Virus record (IMG/VR): IMGVR_UViG_3300025728_000011
DNA from: an uncultured virus (IMG/VR IMGVR_UViG_3300025728_000011)
Lineage: Duplodnaviria > Heunggongvirae > Uroviricota > Caudoviricetes
Direction: 5' to 3' (one strand)
Length of the DNA stretch: 20,000 nt
Shown here one piece after another: positions 1-8,566 of the stretch. The first letter of the stretch is position 1, and each line of letters begins with the position of its first letter. The notes beneath the pieces are model-generated. The model was given only the letters and a program-made list of their open reading frames with translations, made no database searches and had not been told where the DNA came from. The position numbers and the translations under genes were made by a program.

Positions 1-139
1 TATAGGCACATGCAACCGAACGTATGAGTCGCTGGACATGGATTTCCATACGACGCGTTTGTTCTTCTTTCGGGAGTTGATTCCATAGGTGGAGTGCTAT
101 TAACCGTTGGATGTGTTTGCGCTTACCCTTACTGATCAT
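1..139 (-). CDS. Partial small hypothetical protein (MISKGKRKHIQRLIALHLWNQLPKEEQ...), oriented against the tail operon (moron-like)
   Basis: Read manually: ATG at 139 preceded by GGGAG, frame open to the window edge, own promoter upstream. Not in the ORF track. Confidence 0.55.
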   Translation of the reverse strand, partial: MISKGKRKHIQRLIALHLWNQLPKEEQTRRMEIHVQRLIRSVACAY

Positions 140-170
140 TCTCGTATCACTCCCGTGCTGGTGTACCGAC

Positions 171-198
171 ACTGTATCACCCGTGACGAATCCGTCAA
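171..198 (-). promoter_or_regulatory. Sigma70 promoter TTGACG-16-TACAGT (extended -10 TGn) with a TGAC-N6-GTCA palindrome over the -35
   Basis: Seen directly: plus strand actgta 171-176, cgtcaa 193-198, palindrome tgacgaatccgtca 184-197. Confidence 0.55.
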
Positions 199-210
199 TC
201 CCTACCGATT

Positions 211-231
211 AAAAAGCCCGCCGAAGCGGGC
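211..231 (-). terminator. Rho-independent terminator (minus strand)
   Basis: Minus strand reads GCCCGC-TTCG-GCGGGC-TTTTT. Confidence 0.8.
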
Positions 232-333
232 AACATATCAACACAATCAGGGAGGTTGTACAGTCGCATTTAATGACGTGACTGTCAAGCGTCGTCAATG
301 TATTATCATGTCCATATTTAATGGGGTCGACAC

Positions 334-999
334 ATGGCGCATACGCGGGCACAACAGCCACAAATGCTACGGGAAGCGTTCCGGGAAATGATGAAGGGTG
401 TCGCCACCTCGGTGCCCGGTCACATTCTCGCGTTTGATCCCGCAACCCAGCTCGCCCAAGTGCAGATCGGTATAACCCGTGTGGACTTGAGCGGTGCGAC
501 GTTCGACCCACCAGCGATCATCGAGACACCCGTATATTTTCCGGGTGGTGCGTATCATCTGGAATACCAGATCGACCCTGGTGACGAGGGCGACATCCTG
601 TTCAGTCAGCGGTGTGTTGACGGGTGGTTACAGACGGGTGGTATTGCCGCGAATCCCATCGGTCGTTTCCACGACCCACAGGATGCGTTCTTTCTCCCAG
701 GTTTCCGGTCACTCCCCAATGCGCTCCCGGCGTTCCAGAACAATGGTATACGCCTGAGCAATTTGACCGGGACACAGGTTATGTGGTTGAAGAACGATGG
801 GTCAATGTCTTGGGAGAACGGTGTTGGGTTCATCCGGATAGGTGCCGACGGGATCGTGAACATTAACGGTGTTACAATCGATACTGCGGCCCTCGTGACC
901 ACGTCGAACGACGTTGTAGCCGGTGCAATCCACCTCAAAACCCATCGTCATACTGGCGTCACTGTCGGTACTGGCACATCTGGGGTACCGACACCATGA
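334..999 (+). CDS. Baseplate central spike (Gp138/gpV-like puncturing protein)
   Basis: N-terminal OB-like segment (TSVPGHILAFDP...PVYFPGG...GDEGDILFSQRCVDGW...RFHDPQDAFFLPG) and C-terminal iron-binding HxH motif LKTHRHTGV; sits before wedge and J genes. Confidence 0.85.
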   Translation: MAHTRAQQPQMLREAFREMMKGVATSVPGHILAFDPATQLAQVQIGITRVDLSGATFDPPAIIETPVYFPGGAYHLEYQIDPGDEGDILFSQRCVDGWLQTGGIAANPIGRFHDPQDAFFLPGFRSLPNALPAFQNNGIRLSNLTGTQVMWLKNDGSMSWENGVGFIRIGADGIVNINGVTIDTAALVTTSNDVVAGAIHLKTHRHTGVTVGTGTSGVPTP

Positions 1000-1349
1000 C
1001 CGTTCGACATCTCGACGAAGAGACCGGCGACATCGTGACCAGCGGCGAGTTACAGTTCATCGGTGGGCGTGAAGAAATTGCGCAGACTGTCAAGACTCGT
1101 CTCGCCCTGTTCCTCGGTGAGTATTTCCGGAACATTCTCGACGGTACGCCGTGGTACGAGCAGATCCTCGGCAAATTCACGAGTTTGGATATCGCTGAGT
1201 CGGTGTTGCGTGTGCGAATCGCCGCGACCCCGGGTGTTATCCGACTGACCAGTTTCGACACAGATTTCGATATTGATTCCCGCACGTACACCGTGACTGC
1301 CGGAATACTCACCATTTACGGGGTTGACGAGGTAACTTTCAATGGCTGA
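996..1349 (+). CDS. Baseplate wedge/sheath initiator (gp25/Mu gp46-like)
   Basis: 117 aa; IAQTVKTRLALFLGEYF..GTPWYEQILGK motif; ATGA overlap with the spike gene. Confidence 0.75.
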   Translation: MTVRHLDEETGDIVTSGELQFIGGREEIAQTVKTRLALFLGEYFRNILDGTPWYEQILGKFTSLDIAESVLRVRIAATPGVIRLTSFDTDFDIDSRTYTVTAGILTIYGVDEVTFNG

Positions 1350-2556
1350 AGTCACGGCGCAGGGTTACGCCCTCAAGACCCAAAATGATTGGTTCGACGA
1401 GGAACGTCAGCTCTATCTGGATATCGACCCGGCGTGGAACCTCGACCCCTCGACCCCGGACGGCCTGAAGCTCGCTCACGACGCGGAAGTATTCGGTGTG
1501 CTGGATGAGACGCTGCAACAGGCGTACAACTCCAAAGACCCCAACAAGGCCGTTGGTATCGATCTGGATACCATCTGTGCACTAACCGGTACGACTCGTT
1601 CTAAAGGGACACCGTCTAATGTCACGGTAACTCTGACCGGTACGACGGGAACCATTATTGCAGCCGGGAAACGCATTGAGTCAGCGACCACGGGGTCGCG
1701 ATGGACCATTGATCAGACGGTGACGTTGGTAGCCGGTACGGCGTCTACTACAGCTACCTGCACAATTGCCGGACCGACACAGGCTGATATCGCGACACTC
1801 ACGAAAATCGTCGACGTGGTGGGCGGTTGGACGGGCGTCAGTAACCCCAGCGTGGCTACACCGGGTACCGATGAGCAACTCGACGCATCGCTGCGTATGG
1901 AGCGCGCCACGTCCGTTGGACGGCCAGGTAACAACCAGATCGATTCGATGCTTGGCGAACTCTTCGCTGTATCGGGCGTACGTCGGGTCAAAATCTACGA
2001 GAACGACACGAACAGCGCCACTGTCGATCCGGTGAACAACCCGTGGGGCCTCCCTGCGCATTCGATCTCGGTCATCGTTGATGGCGGTGTGATTGCCGAT
2101 GTGGGTATGGCGATTTACATCAAGAAGAATCCCGGCGTGCTACTGAACCAGTCGGGCACGCCGGTAAGTACTACTGTCATCTCGCCGAAGTATCCGACCA
2201 ACACCAAACTGGTTCGTTGGGCGACGCCACTGTACCTCGACATGATCATCGCAGTTACGGTAAAGAGCGACGGGACGTTACCAACAAACATCGAGGATCT
2301 CATCGACGAGGCGTTCCTAGAGTTCACTGTTGGTACGCTGGTCCCCGCTGGGGATGGCTTCAAACAGACTGGTTTCGACATCGGTGAGAGTGTACCGTAC
2401 CTGACTTTGACCACACCCATCAACAAGGTTCTCGGCGAGTTCGGCAACAGCTACATTCAATCATTTACTGTCAACGGCGGCACAGCCAACGTCGCGATAG
2501 CATTCAACCAATTATCCCGTTGGACAGCCGTCAACATCAGTACGACGGTGGTGTGA
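1342..2556 (+). CDS. Baseplate J/gp47 family protein
   Basis: 404 aa; DPNKAVGIDLD, PGTDEQLDASLR, VSGVRRVKIYEN, LPAHSISVIVDGG motifs; synteny. Confidence 0.9.
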   Translation: MAEVTAQGYALKTQNDWFDEERQLYLDIDPAWNLDPSTPDGLKLAHDAEVFGVLDETLQQAYNSKDPNKAVGIDLDTICALTGTTRSKGTPSNVTVTLTGTTGTIIAAGKRIESATTGSRWTIDQTVTLVAGTASTTATCTIAGPTQADIATLTKIVDVVGGWTGVSNPSVATPGTDEQLDASLRMERATSVGRPGNNQIDSMLGELFAVSGVRRVKIYENDTNSATVDPVNNPWGLPAHSISVIVDGGVIADVGMAIYIKKNPGVLLNQSGTPVSTTVISPKYPTNTKLVRWATPLYLDMIIAVTVKSDGTLPTNIEDLIDEAFLEFTVGTLVPAGDGFKQTGFDIGESVPYLTLTTPINKVLGEFGNSYIQSFTVNGGTANVAIAFNQLSRWTAVNISTTVV

Positions 2557-3194
2557 TGAATATCCCTGACCGGATTTACGCTCAATATCGCAACAAGCCC
2601 AAGGCTATTGCGTGGTATGCGATCACACGTGAAGCCGCCGCCGAACTTGACACGGCGGCTCAGGCCGTTCGGCGCATGTACGACATCGACAATAGTATTG
2701 GTGCACAGCTTGACATTATCGGTCGTATCGTCGTTGCGGATCGTAATTTCCTGGCGAATACACCGTTGACGGTGAGTCAGTTTGGCGATGTGGATGCCGA
2801 GTTCGGTGATATTGATGCTGTGTTCAGCGAATTGTCCATCGGTACGGACTCACAAATGTCGGACGAGTTTTTTCGTCTAGTCATTCGTGCCAAGATCGTA
2901 AAGAATAATAGTGACGCGACAATCGAATCGATTCTCAACGGGGTGACATTTCTGATTCCGAATGCCGACGTTGTTAGGGTGGTAGACGGGGAAGACATGT
3001 CGTTCAGTATTGAATTTCAAGGTAACATCACCGATCTTGAACGTTGGGCGTTGCTCAACGCAAAACTGATACCAAAACCACAGGGGGTCCGCTTTAACGG
3101 ATTTCTCGACAGTTACATCCCCTCGGAATTTGGTGATGTTGATGCCGAGTTTGGCGATACAGACGCACAATTCCACGGCTATGTAGGAGTTTGA
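2556..3194 (+). CDS. Baseplate wedge protein (DUF2612-like)
   Basis: IYAQYRNKPK...DIDNSIGAQLDIIGRIV...MSDEFFRLVIRAKIVKN...PKPQGV. Start set at ATG 2556 (TGATG overlap with baseplate J) rather than 2520. Confidence 0.8.
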   Translation: MNIPDRIYAQYRNKPKAIAWYAITREAAAELDTAAQAVRRMYDIDNSIGAQLDIIGRIVVADRNFLANTPLTVSQFGDVDAEFGDIDAVFSELSIGTDSQMSDEFFRLVIRAKIVKNNSDATIESILNGVTFLIPNADVVRVVDGEDMSFSIEFQGNITDLERWALLNAKLIPKPQGVRFNGFLDSYIPSEFGDVDAEFGDTDAQFHGYVGV

Positions 3195-3197
3195 CGA

Positions 3198-4100
3198 ATG
3201 GCTTTACAACGTGACACACGATACCCGGGTCGTTGGACCACTGGTAACGCAGCGCACCCGCAAGGGGCGTTCAAAAATCGCACCGCCCCCGGTTCGCTTG
3301 ACGGTTCGTATATCGAACAAGATTGGGCGAACGATTGGGATGGGTTCTTTGCACGGTTAATGACCGTTGCCGGTATGACAGCCAATGGAACCATAGATAC
3401 TGCAACAGCTTCGCAGTATTACGACGCACTTTTAGCGGCCATGCCGGGGCGATTAATCGGTACACAGAAAATCACGGCTAGTGGGACGTATACGCCTACC
3501 CCCGGCATGAAAATTTGCCGCGTCCGTGGCGCGGGTGGTGGTGGGGGCTCTGGCGGATCGGCTGCCACTGCTGCCGGTACTTACACGGTTACCGGTGGTG
3601 GTGCGTGCGGCGGTTACAGCGAGGGCTGGTTTACCGCAGCGCAGATCGGCGCAAGTATCGCGGTGGTGATTGGCTCGGCCGGTACAGCGGGCGCATCCAC
3701 CCCGACCAATGGCGGCAGCGGTGGGGCTACATCTATCGCCGCCTTGATGAACATACCTGGTGGCGGTGGCGGTATTGCTGTTGCCGCCACACCAAACGCC
3801 AGCCCCGCACTTTCAAGTGGCGGCTCACCGGGCGCAGTACCTACGGGCGGATCCATAGTAAACATGGCTGGCAACCCGGGGGATTATGGATTAGGGACAA
3901 CGACGGGGGGGCTTACTGTTTCGGGAAGGGGTGGGTCTGGGCCTCTCGGGGCTGGTGGTTTTTCCACATCACTGTCAGTCGCCGCATCAGGATCGGGGTT
4001 TGGGGCTGGCGGTTCTGGGGCTGTTACGCCTTCCAGTTTTGCTGCGCGTACCGGTGCCGCTGGCACGGCTGGCGTTCTGATCATTGAGGAGTTTGCATAA
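3198..4100 (+). CDS. Short tail fibre protein with Gly-rich C-terminal domain
   Basis: N-terminal baseplate-attachment segment (QDWAND...ASQYYDAL), then TASGTYTPTPG..GAGGGGG...GVLIIEEFA Gly-rich domain. Confidence 0.75.
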   Translation: MALQRDTRYPGRWTTGNAAHPQGAFKNRTAPGSLDGSYIEQDWANDWDGFFARLMTVAGMTANGTIDTATASQYYDALLAAMPGRLIGTQKITASGTYTPTPGMKICRVRGAGGGGGSGGSAATAAGTYTVTGGGACGGYSEGWFTAAQIGASIAVVIGSAGTAGASTPTNGGSGGATSIAALMNIPGGGGGIAVAATPNASPALSSGGSPGAVPTGGSIVNMAGNPGDYGLGTTTGGLTVSGRGGSGPLGAGGFSTSLSVAASGSGFGAGGSGAVTPSSFAARTGAAGTAGVLIIEEFA

Positions 4101-4628
4101 ATGGCCATCGTTCAGAATTGGGCAGTAATAAATACTGCGACCTGGATTGTTGAAAATGTGATCGTGTGGGACGGCATCGAATATACGGAAGAGACCGGGG
4201 TTGGCTGGACTGTTCCGGATGGGTATATGGCTATTCAAACTGACGTTGCCAGTGTCGGCTGGTCGTATTCTGACGGCGTGTTTGTTCCGCCCCCAACCCC
4301 TGAAGTTCCACCGCCAACCCCTGCTGAGATTCTGGCGAGTCAGAGCGCAAAACTGCAGGGGTTGACTCAGCTAGCGGCGGCTCAAAAAGCAGCGCTCACC
4401 AATCGTATTGGCGTTATCAACGATGGCGTTGAACTTGGCGAGGCTACGCCTGCCGAACTCGCTGAACTGCCAGTGCGACAGGCGCAGTTAATTGAATGGA
4501 AGCGCTATGCCTTGTACCTTGGTCGCGTGACAAGCCAAGAAGGATGGCCGCCTGATGTTGTATGGCCTACACAGCCAGCTGAAGGCATGGACCTCACGGT
4601 TTCAGCTTCTGCTCCCGAAACCGTTTAG
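4101..4628 (+). CDS. Tail fibre assembly chaperone
   Basis: C-terminal LGEATPAE...EWKRYALYLGRV..QEGWPPDVVWPTQP motif typical of Tfa proteins. Confidence 0.8.
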   Translation: MAIVQNWAVINTATWIVENVIVWDGIEYTEETGVGWTVPDGYMAIQTDVASVGWSYSDGVFVPPPTPEVPPPTPAEILASQSAKLQGLTQLAAAQKAALTNRIGVINDGVELGEATPAELAELPVRQAQLIEWKRYALYLGRVTSQEGWPPDVVWPTQPAEGMDLTVSASAPETV

Positions 4629-4684
4629 CCAATCAAACCTGCAAGCCGGTCGGGTATTCGACCGGCAGTCTGGGGAATGCATTC

Positions 4685-5236
4685 ATGCCAATCACCGCGC
4701 AGCAACTGCTACAGATCCTCCCGAGCGCCGAAAAGCAGGCAGGCGTGTTCGCCTCGGCGCTCACGCTTGCCATGGACAAATACCAGATCAACACCCGGCT
4801 GCGCATGGCGGCCTTCATCGCCCAGGTTGGTCATGAGTCCGGACAGTTCCGATATGTGAAGGAGCTGGGCGGCGACCAGTACCTGAGCAAGTACGACACC
4901 GGGACCCTGGCCAAACGCCTTGGCAATACGCCCGAGGCTGATGGTGACGGGCAGAAGTACCGCGGGCGCGGCCTGATTCAGATTACCGGGCGCGACAACT
5001 ACCTGGCGTGCAGCAAGGCCCTGTTCGGGGATAATCGTCTTCTGAGTACGCCGGAGCTTCTGGAGCAGGCTGAGTGGGCCTGCAAGTCGGCGGCGTGGTT
5101 CTGGAATTCTCGCAACCTGAATGCGCTGGCGGATGCTGGCGACTTCGTGGGGCTGACTCGTCGCATCAATGGCGGAACCAATGGCCTGGCCGAGCGCCAG
5201 GCTTTCTACAGCGCCGCATTGAAGGTGCTGGCATGA
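4685..5236 (+). CDS. Endolysin, glycoside hydrolase family 19
   Basis: AAFIAQVGHESG, YRGRGLIQITGRDNY, SAAWFW and TRRINGGTNGLAER motifs. Confidence 0.95.
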   Translation: MPITAQQLLQILPSAEKQAGVFASALTLAMDKYQINTRLRMAAFIAQVGHESGQFRYVKELGGDQYLSKYDTGTLAKRLGNTPEADGDGQKYRGRGLIQITGRDNYLACSKALFGDNRLLSTPELLEQAEWACKSAAWFWNSRNLNALADAGDFVGLTRRINGGTNGLAERQAFYSAALKVLA

Positions 5237-5739
5237 TCTGGGGAAAGGCGCTGGAAATTGCGGCTGTTGTCGGCCTCGTCGGCGCCGTGCTGTTCGCCGT
5301 CTACGGTCATGGCCGCTCAACCATGGATGCCGAGTGGCAAGCGCGCTGGTCCGAACGCGATGCTGCCGACAGCCTGGCACTCGCTGCCGCCGAAGTTGCT
5401 GAACGAGCCAAAGAACAATCCCGCCAGCAATCCATCAACAAGGTGATTCAAGATGGTCAGAAAGCCATTGATTCAGCGAATGCTGATGCTGCCACTGCTC
5501 GCGCTACTGCTGACAGCCTGCGCAACGAAGTCGATAGAGTCGCCAGCCGTTCCGCAAGTCAGGCCGGCAGCCACTCCTGCACTACCGCAGCAAGCCAGGC
5601 AGCAAGCCGCGCCGTCCTGGTGCTTGCCGAGCTGTTCAAGCGCGCTGATGAAAGAGCGGGAGATTTGGCGAGCCACGCTGATGAAAGTCGAATCAGGGGA
5701 TTGAGCTGCGAAGCGGCGTATCAGGGGATTTCGAACTAG
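5233..5739 (+). CDS. Rz-like inner-membrane spanin (DUF2514-like)
   Basis: Start set at ATG 5233 (ATGA overlap). N-terminal TM helix, Ala-rich coiled coil, C-terminal GLSCEAAY. Confidence 0.85.
   Translation: MIWGKALEIAAVVGLVGAVLFAVYGHGRSTMDAEWQARWSERDAADSLALAAAEVAERAKEQSRQQSINKVIQDGQKAIDSANADAATARATADSLRNEVDRVASRSASQAGSHSCTTAASQAASRAVLVLAELFKRADERAGDLASHADESRIRGLSCEAAYQGISN
5453..5704 (+). CDS. Rz1-like outer-membrane lipoprotein spanin nested in Rz (+1 frame)
   Basis: Signal peptide with lipobox LLLTAC, Pro-rich linker and C-terminal WCLPSC, fully embedded in the i-spanin. Start could be slightly downstream. Confidence 0.75.
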   Translation: MVRKPLIQRMLMLPLLALLLTACATKSIESPAVPQVRPAATPALPQQARQQAAPSWCLPSCSSALMKEREIWRATLMKVESGD

Positions 5740-5758
5740 CCCAGAACGGCAGGAAGCG

Positions 5759-5782
5759 AGCCCGCATTGCGCGGGCTTTTTT
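5759..5782 (+). terminator. Rho-independent terminator of the late operon
   Basis: AGCCCGC-attgc-GCGGGCT followed by a T run. Confidence 0.85.
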
Positions 5783-5824
5783 GTGATCTCAACATTCACC
5801 GGCAGGCTGGTAGGTGGAAGAGGG

Positions 5825-6136
5825 TTAGGGATTCTTGCGGTCTGGCGGGGATGGCGGGAAGCCGAAGTGATGCCGTCGTTTGCCGGTGTAACCGCACTCA
5901 CTGCATCCCGCTGAAGGGCCGCACCCGCAGCCGCCCTCACAGCCGCAGCTGCACCCGGAGCAATCCAAGGTGCACCAGCTTTCTTGCTCTACCTCTCCCT
6001 CTTGGCTGATTGAGTAATTGATGCGCCGATCCAGGCGAAAACCTGTGATTTTCTCGGCTTCCTCATAGGTCGCTGGCACTGAGCGGAAACCGTATTCGGC
6101 TGATGGGTCATCTACAAATCGGCGAACACTTCTCAT
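5825..6136 (-). CDS. Cys-rich putative metal-binding protein
   Basis: CTLDCSGCSCGCEGGCGCGPSAGCSECGYTG. Start at ATG 6136 gives an ATGA overlap with the upstream mini-ORF. Confidence 0.65.
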   Translation of the reverse strand: MRSVRRFVDDPSAEYGFRSVPATYEEAEKITGFRLDRRINYSISQEGEVEQESWCTLDCSGCSCGCEGGCGCGPSAGCSECGYTGKRRHHFGFPPSPPDRKNP

Positions 6137-6198
6137 CGCCGCGGCCCTTTGTAGATGTTCCATGCCATGTAGGCGATTGCGCAGACTGGAATAATCAT
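6133..6198 (-). CDS. 21-aa hydrophobic mini-protein MIIPVCAIAYMAWNIYKGPRR
   Basis: Read manually; ATGA overlaps at both ends fill the gap in the operon exactly. Confidence 0.55.
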   Translation of the reverse strand: MIIPVCAIAYMAWNIYKGPRR

Positions 6199-6362
6199 GA
6201 TTGTCCCCCCGCTTGATATTTGGCCTGGCGCTTCTTCGAGCAGGCCGCGTGACTTCCGTGTGACCTGTGCCGGTTGCAATACTCGCAAGTCGGGTTCAGC
6301 TCAAGGATTGGCGTCGGAGAGCTGTTCCGGCGAACCTCGGCGGTTCGGTAGAGCTTGCTCAT
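6195..6362 (-). CDS. Small Zn-binding-like protein (CEYC..HRSHGSHAAC)
   Basis: Start set at ATG 6362 (MSKLYRT), which overlaps the upstream stop. Confidence 0.65.
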   Translation of the reverse strand: MSKLYRTAEVRRNSSPTPILELNPTCEYCNRHRSHGSHAACSKKRQAKYQAGGQS

Positions 6363-7057
6363 TGATTCAGCTCCTTGACCTTGTCGAGGCAGGCGGTCAT
6401 CTGCGAAAGCGAGGTATAGGCTGCCCAAGCATCGTCATGGCCAGCGAACTGCATGACGATCTTGTATCTACCGTCGAGGGTTTCCAGGGTGTTGAAGCCT
6501 TTCGCGAATGCTTTTGCCGCATCCACCGCTACCGTCGTGGCCGACGAGACGGCGCGAACCTGGCATCCCATGGATTCTGCTTTTGATTTATCAGCTTCAT
6601 TTTCCAGCGGGCGCCAACTACGAAGAGGTTTCGAATAATACTCCCACGCCGCCAGCTCACCCTGCCCACCCTTCAGCCGCTCGGCCAATGCATTGCGCTC
6701 ATCAATCACGGCGTTGTAAAGCTCTTCGAAGCTTTCGGATTTAAGCCGCTCGATTTCCGCCGTCAGCTTGGCGATGGCGGCTTGCGCCTTGTCGTATGCA
6801 GCCTTCAGCGAAGGCCACGATGACTGGTCAGGCTCTTTGGCTTGCAGTTCGGCGAGTTCGGGCGGGGCGGCATTTATGCACTTCGGGCATGTTGGCCGGT
6901 TGCCGCCCCAAAGTTCCTCGGGCGTGTAATCCCCGGCGGCCAATAACTTCTTCTCTTCAGGCGTTGGCGTGCAGCATTGCTGGCGCTCGACGACAGGGGT
7001 GGACGGATTCGATGCAACTATCCACTCAGACTGAGGGACTTCAATTTTACTGCTCAT
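6359..7057 (-). CDS. Hypothetical mosaic early protein with a coiled-coil segment (Ead/Ea22-region type)
   Basis: 232-aa ORF coupled at both ends. Confidence 0.6.
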   Translation of the reverse strand: MSSKIEVPQSEWIVASNPSTPVVERQQCCTPTPEEKKLLAAGDYTPEELWGGNRPTCPKCINAAPPELAELQAKEPDQSSWPSLKAAYDKAQAAIAKLTAEIERLKSESFEELYNAVIDERNALAERLKGGQGELAAWEYYSKPLRSWRPLENEADKSKAESMGCQVRAVSSATTVAVDAAKAFAKGFNTLETLDGRYKIVMQFAGHDDAWAAYTSLSQMTACLDKVKELNQ

Positions 7058-7461
7058 TCGCTTGCTCCCGATTCGGTGGGTTTGAGGGCGGCCACATACT
7101 CCATCGCCAGCGTCCCTACTTGAGAGACGTCAGCGCAGCTTGCGAAGTGTCTCAGCTTGCTTTCGTGTCTCGCATTCCGCTGCTCGGCGGCTGTCAGGCG
7201 CTGAACAATTTCACTCGCAGGCAGAGGTGGTGACGCCAAGAATTCAGAGACTGCTGGCGCGTAGGACGGATTAACAGCCAGCGTTTTCAGGTGCCACAAC
7301 GCAGTCATGCGGTGGTTGTCGAATTGCAGCGCCAAGTCTCGCCAATGCTTCATATCGGCAAGCTCTTCCCGCAGCGCAGCCAGTTTACGTTCGGTGTCAT
7401 ACAGCTTTGCCTCGGCCCTTTCGCAGCGGCCAGACAGACCACCCTCTTCATTCATGCCCAT
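7054..7461 (-). CDS. Hypothetical phage protein
   Basis: 135 aa, GGAGG RBS, coupled to the next gene. Confidence 0.6.
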   Translation of the reverse strand: MGMNEEGGLSGRCERAEAKLYDTERKLAALREELADMKHWRDLALQFDNHRMTALWHLKTLAVNPSYAPAVSEFLASPPLPASEIVQRLTAAEQRNARHESKLRHFASCADVSQVGTLAMEYVAALKPTESGASE

Positions 7462-7493
7462 TTTTCAAACCTCCGATAGTCCGTTATGAAACA

Positions 7494-7805
7494 TCATTCT
7501 TCGTGGCAAACCCTAAGCGCTTCACGCTGATAGGCCTGCTCAAGTTTGCGCGCCACGACTGGCGATACGTCGATTTCGTGGTGCGGTACTTCTAATAAGG
7601 GCCTAGCTTTAGAAGAGCCAAGCGCGTGTAGATGGTGAATCATCAGTGTCAGTGCTTCGCCCTGCTCCTCGATCCCGGCCCATTCCATCAGGTCGGCCAA
7701 GGCCTTCTTGGTGCCGGGTCGCACCTTCAGGCGCAGATCCTCTTCCTGAAGCTTGATGGCCTTCTCGCGGCGTTTCTCGTCTCGCTGCTGCTGGGTCAAA
7801 GCCAT
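7494..7805 (-). CDS. Hypothetical phage protein (basic N-terminus, possible DNA binding)
   Basis: AGGAGG RBS; MALTQQQRDEKRREK...LADLMEWAGIEEQGEALTLMIHH resembles a protein common in Pseudomonas prophages (recognised from memory). Confidence 0.7.
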   Translation of the reverse strand: MALTQQQRDEKRREKAIKLQEEDLRLKVRPGTKKALADLMEWAGIEEQGEALTLMIHHLHALGSSKARPLLEVPHHEIDVSPVVARKLEQAYQREALRVCHEE

Positions 7806-7886
7806 GGACGGCCTCCTTTAGGCCGCTTGGCGGCAAGTGGAATTGTTCGGCCCGCTTGCGGGTGCGGACTGCTGTACTGATGCGTT

Positions 7887-8348
7887 TCATGCTGCTCTCT
7901 TGTTCGTCCAGGCGCCCATGGATTTGAACACCTTGGCCGCCTGCTCTTCGGTTAGGTCGATGGCGTCAGGCACTGCAATCCAGCCGGACCCAATGACGTG
8001 GTTTCGATTGGCGCTGGCGCACAGCTCGGCGTGGTACTGCTCCATGTGCTCGGCCAGGTTGATGACCAAATGCACGCCATCCGTGGTGAACTGAATCGAC
8101 TTGCTGTACTGCTCGCCGGCTGGCGTCTCGCAAAACACGCTGATGTAGATCGTCCAGCGGTGCGCGATGTCGCAGAGCGCATTGGCGACCGGCTCGCTAC
8201 GGATCTGCGTGCAGTTCTTCCAGTGCAGCATGATCTGTCGATCGGGCGGCTCGACATTCGCCACGCAGGCGTAGTTGGTCTTAAGCAGCGCCCTTGCTGC
8301 TCGCTCCATCCGCGCCCTGAAGTTGTGAGGCTTTCTTTTGATAGCCAT
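7887..8348 (-). CDS. Hypothetical phage protein
   Basis: 153 aa, AAGGAG RBS, ends in AA. Confidence 0.7.
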   Translation of the reverse strand: MAIKRKPHNFRARMERAARALLKTNYACVANVEPPDRQIMLHWKNCTQIRSEPVANALCDIAHRWTIYISVFCETPAGEQYSKSIQFTTDGVHLVINLAEHMEQYHAELCASANRNHVIGSGWIAVPDAIDLTEEQAAKVFKSMGAWTNKRAA

Positions 8349-8350
8349 GG

Positions 8351-8566
8351 TTAGCTCCTTGGATCAGCAAGGCACTCAAGCGCGAACTGGACCGCGTAAG
8401 GCGCAGGCCGGTATCCTTTGCCGGGAGCTTCGCAAAGGTAGTAGCGCATCATGCGGGCGCTCACACCGACAAGCTCGGCGCACTTGTTCTGTGTTTCGCC
8501 GGACTTTCTGACCAGCTCGCGTAGGTAGGTGGCATCCGGTTTGTGGTTGCTGGCGTCAGGCTTCAT
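8351..8566 (-). CDS. XRE-type helix-turn-helix protein
   Basis: YLRELVRKSGETQNKCAELVGVSARMMRYYL...PYAVQFALECL; start set at MKPDAS. Confidence 0.75.
   Translation of the reverse strand: MKPDASNHKPDATYLRELVRKSGETQNKCAELVGVSARMMRYYLCEAPGKGYRPAPYAVQFALECLADPRS

Noticed and set aside
107..391. 94-aa plus-strand ORF
   Set aside because: TTG start, crosses the promoter/terminator region, no similarity to a baseplate hub.
4645..4666. Hairpin GCCGGTCG-ggtatt-CGACCGGC before the endolysin
   Set aside because: No U tract and only one copy; function cannot be supported.
4629..4684. No holin next to the endolysin
   Set aside because: Split lysis cassettes with a distant holin are ordinary in Pseudomonas phages and tailocins.
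4709..5380. 223-aa minus-strand ORF
   Set aside because: Antisense shadow of the GC-rich endolysin gene.
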